A DNA stretch of 64,000 bases, taken from assembly GCF_000143415.4 (NCBI RefSeq), contig NW_003314320.1, positions 432,586-496,585 on the forward strand, in the 5' to 3' direction. The notes below the pieces were generated by a model. That model was not told where the DNA came from. It saw only the letters and a list, made by a program, of their open reading frames with translations, and did not search any database. Both the position numbers and the translations under genes were made by a program. The DNA is from Selaginella moellendorffii. Its lineage: Eukaryota > Plantae > Lycopodiophyta. Every line of letters starts with the position of its first letter. The stretch's first letter is position 1. This document shows, piece by piece, positions 41,255-52,788 of the stretch.

Positions 41255-42782
41255 ATGGAGTACTTCCCCGCGCCTGGCAGGAATCATCTCTTCGTTCCAG
41301 GCCCGACCAATGTCCCCGAGAAGGTAATTCAAGCATTTAGTAGGGGGAACGAGGATCATCGCTCTCCAGCGTTTGCTACGCTCTCCAAATCCGTGCTGGA
41401 CGGTGTCAAGGATTTGTTTAAGACCAAGACTGCCACTTCGTTCATCTTTCCAACAACAGGTACTCAGAAAAATCTCTTTTTCTTGCTGCTCTTCCTGTGA
41501 AGTCAAGTTCGAAAATGCTTTTTTTTTCCTTTTTTTCTCTCTCAGGAACTGGAGCTTGGGAGAGTGCACTGACCAACACATTATCACCTGGAGATAAGAT
41601 TGTCTCGTTCCGTCTGGGACAGTTTAGCCTGCTCTGGATCGATCAAATGCAGCGTCTCAAGTTTAACGTGGACGTAGTGGACTGCGAGTGGGGAGCTGGA
41701 GCCGACCTTAACATCCTCAACGCTAAGTTGGCCATGGATTATAATCACGAGATCAAAGCTATATGTATCGTCCACAATGAAACTTCTACCGGAGTTACCA
41801 ACAGCATCCCATCGATACGAGCACTCCTCGGTTCGTTTCTTCTTTTTTGTTTCATATCCTTCATGAAACTTACGTTGTTTCTTCCTTCGTTTTTTTTTTT
41901 TTTTTCCCTTACTAGATAAGCATAAGCATCCGGCATTGCTGCTGGTGGACGGAGTTTCATCGATTGGAGCAATCGAGTTTAAGATGGACGAGTGGGGAGT
42001 GGACGTTGCCTTGACGGGGTCCCAAAAAGCTCTGGGACTTCCAACGGGATTGGGAATAGTTTGTGCCGGACCAAAAGCTCTCGAGGCAGCCAAGACGGCC
42101 ACCTCTCCCCGAGTTTTCTTCGACTGGGCCGACTACCTCAAGTTTTACAAGGTCGGCTCCTACTGGCCTTACACTCCCTCGAGCCAGATGCTCTACGCTC
42201 TTCGAGCCTCCCTCGACTTGATCTTCGAGGAGGGCCTGGACAACGTTATCAAGAGGCACGCCAGGCTTGGAGAAGCCACAAGGTTCGATGTTTTCATTTC
42301 TCCAAGTTATCGGCTTGTGTATCTTAACTTCGAGAGGTTTTTGACGCGACTGATTGTGAAATCTTCGCAGGCTAGCGGTGGCAGCGTGGGGACTGAAGCT
42401 GTGCACTAAACGTCCCGAGTGGAACAGTGACACCGTAACAGCAGTGGTGGTACCACCTTATCTCAACAGCTTAGACGTGGTGAAGATGGCATGGAAAAAG
42501 TATAACTTGAGCTTGGGAGTGGGACTCAACAAAGTGGCAGGCAAGGTTTTCAGGATTGGGCACCTGGGTTTCGTAAACGAGGTGAGAAGTTCTTTCTTTT
42601 TTATCGAAAACTTGCACGACTCAAGAAGCTTTCTTTTGTCCCAGTTGCAACTCCTGGGAGCCTTAAGTGGGGTGGAGATGATCCTCAAAGACATTGGATA
42701 CCCGGTTGTGCTTGGAAGTGGCGTCGCCGCTGCTGCCGCTCACCTCCAGAAAAAGACCCCACTTATCTCGTCCAGGTTGTGA
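41255..42782 (+). CDS. AGT1: Peroxisomal serine:glyoxylate aminotransferase (SGAT/AGT1)
   Basis: GRNHLFVPGPTNVP, TTGTGAWESALTN, VHNETSTGV, PLP-lysine motif TGSQKAL, and C-terminal PTS1 SRL*. Confidence 0.97.
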
Positions 42783-43076
42783 ATGAACGAAAGTGATGGT
42801 GGCAAAACTTTGCGAAAGAAAAGATCTTTCTATTTATTATCTCTTCTTTGTTCTTCTTCTACCTCGAGAGTCAAAGAAGAAAAGAGAGATCCTTATAGCA
42901 TAGTGAGCAATCATCCAGCCAAAGTATAATCTTTGCACGAAGTTCTATCGAATCTCCACCGCTGTTGATTGAAAGATATGTGCTTTGAAACTTTTCTTTG
43001 ATTGCTTCTTTGTTTATATATAGTTCTCGTATTCACACACGTTACACATATATCGGTTGGACTTATCTATTCGCCT

Positions 43077-43730
43077 TTATCGATCCAAAATACTGGCGAC
43101 CATCCTGGCAAATACACATCGCTTATGAATGTCTAGAAAAAAGTGGTAGAAAAGTGTTTTTTTCTTGACTTACCACTCGCAGGCACTGGGAGATATCGGC
43201 TCAGGACTGCTCGCAGTAGCAGCAGCAGCAGCGGCAACTTCGTCCACCATTTTCCTGTTCGATGGAGACCACGACAGCTTCCACCCCAGCTCTGACACTG
43301 CAACGAGGAAAAAAGCAAAGATCCATCAGAAGCTATGGCCACTAACAAAGATCACAGCTTTATCTACAATACCAGGACAGTCACAAACCGAAAAACTAAA
43401 CAAAAGCTCCAGAGATCGCCCCGAGGAAACAACAAAAGAAGAACAACGTGGCAACTTACATGTCGACGAGCCTGGGCTGGTTGCCAGGGAATTGTCACGA
43501 GTGACGGGAGTAGTAACGAGAAAAGGCGGACGAAATCCTGGTGCATGGATCATCTTCTCTTTGGCTGTAGCAAATGAACGTCGATCCATCAAACACGCTC
43601 TGGAAACAAAAGGATTGTTTTTGTTACCTCTTGCAGCATTGACGAGTTCTCTCTCGCGAAGCTTTCCAAGTCCTGTTTCCGGCTGTGGCCCGGCTACAAC
43701 GTCGTCCCACAGCTTGTCCAAAAGGCCCAT
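43077..43730 (-). CDS. DRM1: Dormancy-associated/auxin-repressed protein (DRM1/ARP), 4 exons
   Basis: N-terminus MGLLDKLWDDVVAGPQPETGLGKLR; spliced C-terminus SPSACEW|MVASILDR*. Confidence 0.88.
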
Positions 43731-46323
43731 CCCAGACAAACGAAAAGAAAGAAAGGTAGGAGGAGAAAAAAAGAGAAAACGCGGGGCCACTCAGCGACTG
43801 TAGCTCCGAAAACAAATCACAACACTGCACAAACAGTACCAACTAGAATACCACGCAACACACACACACACACCGAGATCTCAAGACCAACCAGCAAAAA
43901 CTCACTCGCTCGATCGAGAAGAAGTTGGGTACAGTCTATACAAGGGGGGAAGAAATAATTCCTCTCTCTCTCACACACTGGTTTACTCACAAAAATTCTC
44001 CTTTCTGCTCTCGCTGCGCTGCTCTTGACAAGAAAGATTGATCGTTAGGAGGCCGACGAAGGGGGCTTGTGCCTGTGCTTCTTTCTCTCGAATCCAGCCA
44101 TCCACGCAGCCTCGATTGCAACCCACATCGTGTCAAGCAAACCCAGAAGCGCTGCTTCTCATCCCCTCGCCACTGCGCTGGGATGGCGCTCGCCCTCCCA
44201 CACGCAAAGAGAAAAAGAAGGGGGAAAAACCACACACACAGGCTCAAAGAAAGTGTGCTTGCTCGCTCCTTATCTTTTGTGCCAAAGAAAGAGGGGTAGC
44301 TGTGGTTCTTGCCTCGACCGGCTGTAGCCGGTTCTTCCGGTCAACATCAGCAAGTACCTCCTCCTCCAGGGTAGACCTACATTTGTTGTCATCTGGCTGG
44401 TTACTTGCGCATTTTTCTTGAGTGACGTGTCCATGTTATCCGATGAGTCAACAATCATCGGTCATTTTCATTTCCATTAAGCAGCGTTTAAGTTAATTTG
44501 CTTCATTTTTCGTCTGTTTTATAGTGTGTAATTCACTCATTCTTTTCATATACTGTTTGAAAGGTCCCATGACAAAGTCTTCCGCCGCCCCCAAAAAGCA
44601 TGAGACTGACACATTCGTTTGAATCTGGTGCTTGATAGATAAACTCTATTTCTAGGGTTCTTGAGCTGTTTTTACAATTGCATTGGTTGCTAATTAATGA
44701 TCTGATCAATGATTGCTAGCTCCCTGAAATTTAGATATGTAGCCCTAGAAGCCAAGCCTGGTTTGTTGAGCTAACGAGTGAATGTAAATAAAAAGTTTGC
44801 AAATAGTAAAATATACAAATGTACAGAAGATATGTCATGATCGGTGGATGATATCCTTTTGTGCATAAATGCCATATTTATTCATGCTTTAAATTTTACT
44901 CTAGTGATTCATCAAGTTTAGCACAACATGTTTTATAGCATTAAATATGGAAGCTGGTTTGCTAATGATTGGGTTGATTGTGTAGCATATGTGGCTTTCA
45001 TCTTTTATCCTATAGTGATTTACCATAGGATAACAAAAAAGTAGAACCTAAACCTTTTATGTGCTATGTGTCACATGTTATATGCTACATACCACATGTA
45101 AAATGACAATAGAGTGGAACTTAAATTTCAAGGCCTTGCATGTTGTAAATGTGATTTCGGGTATTAAAAATTACCTGTCGACTAGTCCTTACGGACACTC
45201 TTTCTTTACTGCCACGACGGCAGGAAGTCGGTATTGTTGAACCCTTTATTAGTCTCCACCTAATCTAGTTGAGAAACTAGTTATCACATGTGCACTTAGA
45301 CCGGAAGGGCACTAAGGAAGGAAATCTTAAGTTGTCATTTGTCAAGCAAACTTGACACGTTGATGAGAAATTCATGATGTTGACTTGCACTTGCTAGTGT
45401 TGGGAACCCTCGTGATATTGAGCTTGGTCCTTTAATACTCACTAGATAATAGCTTACCGTGTCTGCTAAATACCCTCACTATCATGCCCTTTGTGTTAGT
45501 CTCATTTCAGTCCCAAATGCTATTTATGGAAAGTGTCTAGATTTGCTTATTTGGCATATCTACAGAATGTAAAAATTGGCCTGAACATAATAGTGTTCAT
45601 CCTGTATCCAAATTCACATTCTAATGTCATTCCATATTTAATAAGTTTTAAGCCTATCCTAGAGACTAACTTCTGATACTAAAGGAGGCTTGGGGTGAAA
45701 GCCCAAAGCATGTGTTCCTCAAGGGCAGGGGGGGGGGGGGGGAAGGCTATATGGGGTTTTAAATGTATAGTAGGGTTAGTGGGTAGGTCGGGCATGGTTG
45801 ACCAACCTATGGCATAGTTTAACTCTTGCTTGCGTACTTGTCCTTGTTCTACATCCAGTTTGGGTTTAAGCCCAAGTTTCACACCATGCTAACTAGTGGA
45901 GTACGGATGTCCTCGCGTTAGGCCACCGGTATGCTCAAATAATGCCAAACTCCGTTTGGCTTTATTTTGTGTGTTGGTTCTGGCATTGGGATGTTGGATA
46001 CTCTAGGATTGTTCCAAATTGCTCCGTGCCCCTGTTCCTTCGCTCCTTAGGTTGTACGCTCAAGAGTTGCTCCGTGGTTCAGTTTTTTTGCTCCTTATCT
46101 TCATGCTTGGGAGTTTGGCACCGTTCCTTCGTATAGTGGCCCAAAGCCCTGAAACTCGGGTTCCACACCACTGTCCTTTAGACGTGTGGCATATGACATA
46201 TGGCACATGGAGGGTTTAGGTTCCACTTCGTAGTGTTATCCCATAGTAAATCACCATATATAAAGGGTCAAAACCACGTGCGCTACATTTGGTATTAGAG
46301 GATGAGTCTTAGTGAGTACTATT

Positions 46324-48336
46324 TGTGAGACACAAAATCCCTAAACCCCAAAGTGGAGCCGGAAGGGTGCCATGTGGTAGTGGCTGAAGCGAAAACCAAA
46401 CGAGCGTAACACGTTTGGACTAAAAGCTCCGACTTGAAAGGTCGAGAGCGGGAGTGGAACTCCCAATGAAGTGCTCAAGGAACAAGCACAAAGCAAACAA
46501 TAAGTGAGTCTCTAGAAAAGGGACACAAGAGGACCAACATATGACACGTGGTGGAGTCCAAGATGGACCGAGATGGAGTCCAAGAAGGACCCGAGATGGA
46601 GTCCGAGATGGGCTCGAGATGGAGTCCGAGATGGACCGAGATGGAGTCCGAGATGGAGTCTGAGATGGACCCGAGATGGAGTCCGAGATGGACCGAGATG
46701 GAGTCCGAGATGGACCTGAGATGGAGTTCGAGATAGACCCGAGATGGACCCGAGATGGAGTCCGAGATGGAGTCCGAGATGGACCCAAGATGGAGTCTAA
46801 GAAGGACCCAAGATGGAGTTCGAGATGGACCCAAGATGGAGTCTAAGATGGACCGAGACGGAGTAGTCCGAGATGGACCTGAGATGGAATCCGAGATGGA
46901 GTCCGAGATGGAGTCCGAGATGGAGTCTGAGATGGACCCGAGATGGAGTCCGAGATGGACCGAGATGGAGTCCGAGATGGACCTGAGATGGAGTTCGAGA
47001 TAGACCTGAGATGGACCCGAGATGGAGTCCGAGATGGAGTCCAAGATGGACCCAAGATGGAGTCTAAGAAGGACCCAAGATGGAGTTTGAGATGGACCCG
47101 AGATGGAGTCTAAGATGGACCGAGACGGAGTAGTCCGAGATGGACCTGAAATGGAATCCGAGATGGAGTCTGAGGTCGAGACCGAGACTGAGACTGAGAC
47201 CGAGACCAGGACCGAGACCAAGACCAAGACCGAAACCGGCACCGAGACTGAGCTCGAGGCCGAGGCCGAGACCGAGATTGAGCCCGAGCTCGAGTCCGAG
47301 TTCGAGTCTGAGTCTGAGCCGTAGTCCGAGTTCGAGTTTGAGAGGGTGAAAGCCCAAAGCGTTCGTCTCCCAGACCTTGGGGGGTTTAGTGAGCTCCAAA
47401 AGTATAGTAAGGGGGAGGACTGCAGTGGAGCCAGTTTGGCTAGGAAAGGCCAGTTTGGCCTAGGAAGGCTGTATGCAGTGTTGGGTGATGAGCTGCCTAC
47501 TGGGAAGTCCAAGACTAGAGTGAACACGGACCGACAAGCGGGGTAGCTTGGTGAAGTGTTCAAGAGCTGGCTCTAGTTCCCCTGGGAGATCAATTGGCCG
47601 ATGCTCCCAATCCAAGTGTGGGTGGCACTACCTATTTGGATACCAGGCGTGGCTTAACGAAACTTCACTCTAAGCCCATGGCTAGAGCACCTAAAGGCGG
47701 AAAGCGGGAAGAGTACCCACGAAGCTCACATAAGGCCACAGTGTTCCGAAATGTTGTCCCAAAGGCCCAAACTGTGGAAAGGAAGAGGAGTAATCCTCTA
47801 GTGTAGTGACCAAGGATATAGTTGGGTGCTGAAGAAGTCCCAGAGGACCGTAGGACTTAGTGGTCGGGCCTGTGGGCCTCAACCCAGTGGTAGTGTTGGC
47901 AAATATGGCCATGAGCAGAAAGGGACTTGGTGGGGACCGGAAAAGGAATATTGGGGAAGGCTATTCCCCATGTCTATGGGCATCCTAAGGATGCTAAAGA
48001 GTGGATCTAGGATGATTGCTCATGAATGGATGGTTAGTCTTTGAGAGACAGGACTGTGATGAAGGTGGTGTCAGACCACCGGTGTGACCAAGGTGAATGA
48101 GCATGGCCTTAGCGTAACGGGCTGATATGTCGGTGGTACCTTAGGGTGTCGGTCATGGGATTGGACATGTGGAGCACTTAGACCAAGTGCAAAGGTTGAG
48201 TGGCGGGGATGCCATTCTTGGGGCTAGCAAGCCCAAGTATGAAATAAGACTTATGGAGGTTGTGAGTGAGACTCCTCCAAGTGGTCAAAGGTGTGGTTAA
48301 GTGACTAAAGTAGAATGGAAAAATTAGTCACTTACA
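46324..48336 (+). mobile_element. ~2-kb probable solo LTR (family B) inserted just downstream of the PBS of element A
   Basis: TGTGAGA...CTTACA termini, near-TSD CTATT/CTATC, and the same promoter-like module as the A and C LTRs. Confidence 0.6.
46551..47340 (+). repeat. Tandem array of degenerate 10-12-mers (GAGATGGAGTCC / GAGATGGACC), grading into (CCGAGA)n hexamers
   Basis: Directly visible, with higher-order repetition of blocks. Confidence 0.95.
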
Positions 48337-51196
48337 CTATCTAATGAGATTGGGTAACTAGTCTCGTTGCATATGCAGAGATGAAAATGATGATCCGAGT
48401 GGGTACACATTTGGGTGCAAAGGCTTCGCAATTGTTCCTTAGGTATAGATTTTGGTTACCTTTTGTACCGTATTAAGTGAGTTTGCTGTTGGACTTATAG
48501 GATGGATTAAGTTATTCTAGTGGTTTCATGAGTTGTTCCATATACCGTGGGTGAAAGTAAACCTTCCCTAGGTTTGCTATGAGTGGCAAATAGGCTAGTT
48601 TGTAGCTATTTAGTATGGTACTAGTGGATCCTTCCTAGGCATGATTACAAGTGAATCGACTAAGACTGTAGGGATTAGTCTAGTGATTCAAGTAATCATT
48701 GCCATGCTTTCTATTAAACTTTTCTTGGATTGGACTAAAGGCCGTGCGAATGCAAGCTTGAGGTTTAGTCAAAGTTAAGACCGAAAAGAAAGTTGTCAGA
48801 GACAAAGGATCAAACACGTAAATCATCTTCTCTTCATGAAGAGATGATTTGCAACGAGGTGTTAACTCATTGCTCATACTCACATCATGCAATCAAGAGT
48901 CCCTATCCTAATGTATGTTGGAAATGATGGTCTTGCAAATGGTGAGTCGTGGGATGGATAACAATGAAGTGTTAAACCATTTTGTTTAAGCTTGCTATTA
49001 AAGACTTGGGAGAGCTCACTACTCTCATAGAGTTTAACGAAATGCAAGGTGCAACCTGCCACCAAACAAAATGCTATAGAAGAAAGGCATGAGGGTCATT
49101 TTTCTAAAAAACTACAATGGCCACTTTTCTACACCAATTTAGACTTTATTCAACTCAATTGCCTTAGCCCCAAAAGTTAACATCCCTTTCAAGTTGCATC
49201 ATACAAACTACTTTCTAAAGTCTAAGCTAACCTAAGTCAACTTCAACCCCTTCACTAGTTTGTACTGGCTTACGAAAATAGACTGGTTTTTGAGCAAAGT
49301 GATTAACAGATCAGCTATTGGAAAAGTCTAAGAAAATTTATGGAAAATTTTCCATCCCAAAGAAAAAATGACTCTTAGTCCAAGAATGCAAACTTTCAAG
49401 ACTCAACCAACTTCCTTCTACCTACAACTTCACATATTTTTCACTTCAACACCAATTCTCATGACCCATAGTATGCTTAAGCCTCGAACATCTTTGCCCA
49501 TTTTTCCAATATCCAACACTAACATTCACAAAATGCAAATGGAACATTCAAGGCTTGATCACGAAGACTATATCTTCAGATATCCATATTGCACTAACAC
49601 TCTTTTTCAACTACTTTCAAGATCCAATATGTGTAAGCCACAAATTTTTCCTTTCCAATTTGCCAGCTTACCTCGTCTATCCGACCAACACTGCCTTGGC
49701 TTGTGCTAAGTTCCCTCACCAAGGTTCCCTCCTATTGTACCAACTCGTACTTGGTCCTACTTGGTTTCAGCTACTCACTGCACGAGCAACGAAGCGTTAG
49801 CCATCCATCCACGGATTCCCAAATCTCTCCCAATCCCCCTCCTCGGGTTAGACTGGACTTAAGGTTCAGCTACACTCCCCGCAGGCACAAGCAGCCAAGC
49901 ACACCAAGCCTCCAGGTTCCTAACACCCCTTGGTACAACAAGACTTGATCATGGGACCCTCTAAATCCCAAGCCTTGGGTGCAACACTTGTGTAAGGAAC
50001 CAACTCGCCGAGGTGTCGTAGGCTAAAGGAACCCCAAAAGCCTGACCAAAATGACAAAGAGTTCATCGGATGGGACCAAGTCGAAGATCGAGTCCAAGAC
50101 CGACTCTAGGACCGAGTTCGAGATAGAGTCCGGAATCGAGTCCGAGACCGACTCGGGGACTGAGTTCGAGACCGAGTTCGAGACGGAGTCCGAGATCCGA
50201 AATCAGGTCCGAGACCGAGTTCGAGGTCGAGTCCGAGGTCAGGTCTGAGATCGGGTCCGAGATTGAGTCCAAGATCGAGTCCGAGACCGAATCCGAAGTT
50301 AGATCTGAAATCGGGTCCGAGATCGAGCCAGAGACTAAGTCCAAATACTAATACGGGTCAAGGGGTGAAAGCCCAAAGCGTGTGTCTCCCGGGGGGGGGG
50401 GGGCTGCAGGGGGTTCCAAAAGTATAGTAGGGATAGTGAGGTCTAGAAACCAGTCTTGAAGGAACTCTTCAGTGGTGCTTCCAAACTGACTTGAGGTTGA
50501 GACTGGGGCCGAGGGGCCTTGGGTGGGAGTGAGCATGGGCTTGAGTGGTGCCGAAGGGGCCACCTAGGGAAGTGCTCAAGAGCAGCTCCCACTCCCGAAA
50601 GGGAAACCGACTGCGGTGCTCCCGGCTCATGTGGAGTGGTGCCCCATTTGAGTACCTTGTGGCTCATTGGTCCTCGCCCTTCCTAGGGGCTTGGGCCTTC
50701 CCTTCGGGATGGAAGTGGGGGGGTAGAGGTACCCATACCGGGCCGTTAGGCCATGGTGTTTCGCCCCGACGTCCCGAAGCTAGTGCTGCACCCAAGACTT
50801 GGGATTTAGAGGGTCCCATGATTAAGTCTTGTGGTACCAAGGGGTGTTAGGAACCTGGAGGCTTGGTGTGCTTGGTTGCTTGTGCCTGCGGGGAGTGTAG
50901 CCGAACCTTAAATCCAGTCTAACCCAGGGAGGGGGATTGGGAGAGATTTGGGAATCCGTAGATGGATGGCTAACACTCCGTTGCTCGTGCAGTGAGTAGC
51001 TGAAACCAAGTAGGACCAAGTAGGAGCTGGTACCATAGGCGGAAACCTTGGCGAGGGAACTTAGCACAAGCCAAGGCAGAGTTGGTCGGATAGACGAGGT
51101 AAGTTGGCAAATTGGAAGGAAAAATTTGTGGCTTACAATTTGGTATCGGAGCCTCTTCCTCAGTTCTAGTGAAGGATAGAGGCGGATTGCTGGGAG

Positions 51197-52788
51197 ATGG
51201 CAAGGGCAAGACGTAAGCGAACCCAGGCAGGACGGAACCTCCTCTAGAGCTGAAGCCTCCGGTCGAACAGGAGGCTATGGATGAGGAATCCTTGCATGAG
51301 GAGGACTCCAATGAGGCAACTTCCAAACAGGAGTCTGGTGGTGAGGTTCGGTCGTCCAAGGCTTGATTGGACATTCTAGAAGGACAATTGGCACAGACCA
51401 ATGCCCTGCTAGAGACTCTCGTACGCAAGCTAAAGTGTGATGAGAAGCGGAAGAAAAAGCGAAAGACTGCGGATGCTGGCAGCGTAGAAGGTGCAGACCC
51501 TTCGGCAGGGACTGAGGCAAAACCAGACAAGGTCGAACAGACCAAAGTAGAATCAGTCCCTCAGGCAGTTCCCAAGTACAAACCAAAGCCCCCACCGGTC
51601 TTCAAGGGAGTGAACGACTATAAGGTGGTGGAGGATTGGTTTTACGATATGGAGGACTAGTTCCGAGCATTGCGATTACCGAGCTCGGAGAAGGTCCCAT
51701 ATGCAAAACCATACTTGGCAGATAATGCTAAGTCTTGGTGGAGAACGACAGAGGCCAACGAAGGACCGGTGAACATTTGGGAAATGATGAAGGCGAGGAT
51801 CCGCGCAACTTACGTTCCTCCGAATGCTACTCTGCATCTAAGGGACGAGTTGAGTAGGCTGAAGCAGACCAGAACCATTCAGGAGTATGTGAATGGGTTT
51901 ATAGCAAAGAGGATACTTGTCACGGACATGGGGGATATGGATGCGTTCCATGCCTTCATATCAGGTTTGCAAACCTGGGCTCGCGGCGAAGTAATGCGGT
52001 GGAACCCGACCAACTACAAGGAAGCGTTGGATGCGGCCATCAAGGTGCATTTCAACGATAAGCTACGAAAGGGGAACACGACAGGGTCAGGATCCACGTT
52101 TAGCAAAGGGGCCAAACCAAGGGGAACGTTTAGCAGAGGGAAATTCAAGAAGAGTTTCTCTAAGAATGAGTCCTTGGGGTTCCGGAAAGGCAGATCCGGT
52201 GGCCAGCAAGCGAGTACGTGGGGGAGTCAAGCGAAAAGAGACAAACCCATGGATAAGAAGGTCAAGTCGTATAGCAGCGTGGGAAACAACGTATGCTACA
52301 ACTGCGGTGAAGCAGGACACTTTTCGAGGGAATGTCCCTACCCGAAGAAGGCCAGAGCCAATATGGCCATCAAGTCGGGTGAAGTCCAAACTGAGGTATG
52401 TGATCCAGTCCCTAACTCAAAGTTACTCATTACACGAGCAACTTTGGTAGAGAGTCGTTCTCAACATCTACTAGCCCTCCGAGGGAAGCTCGGAAGTAGC
52501 TTTGTTAAGATCCTTATTGACACGGGTACTTCGGATAATTTTGTGGCTGCAGACATAGTCCGGCAAGCCGGACTAACGGTGCAGCGGCTAGGTGAACCAA
52601 GGACTATAGATTTTGTTCAAGGTAGCCAAAGCACCGATGAGGTACTTCGACAAGCGAGAGTCAAAGTGGGGACTTGGAAGGTGGACATGTATTTCACCGT
52701 GTTGGACATGGCGGGATTTGACGTGATCTTCGGAATGGACTGGTTCAATCAATTCGTGGTAGCCCTGCATGGACAAAGGGTATGTTAG
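51197..52788 (+). pseudogene. gag: gag (CCHC zinc knuckle) plus aspartic protease of element C, with nonsense mutations
   Basis: AKSWW, LKQTRTIQEYV, CYNCGEAGHFSREC, ILIDTGTSDNF and DVIFGMDW; in-frame stops at 51364 and 51658. Confidence 0.92.

Noticed and set aside
21354-43730. Functional light/carbon/nitrogen gene cluster (PIF, MRC, CAO, NLP, AGT1, DRM1)
   Set aside because: Interspersed with unrelated genes and not one pathway; chance adjacency in a compact genome is sufficient without synteny or co-expression data.
309-44458. Numerous antisense or alternative-frame ORFs overlapping the called genes
   Set aside because: Shadow ORFs of GC-rich exons with no recognisable motifs.
46551-47170. 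Repeat array as a CRISPR-like locus
   Set aside because: No unique spacers, eukaryotic context and no cas genes.
46420-47563. Long low-complexity ORFs (SISDS.., MESE..) on both strands, also at 50051-50344 and 57559-57868
   Set aside because: Artefacts of the 6/12-nt tandem arrays within LTRs.
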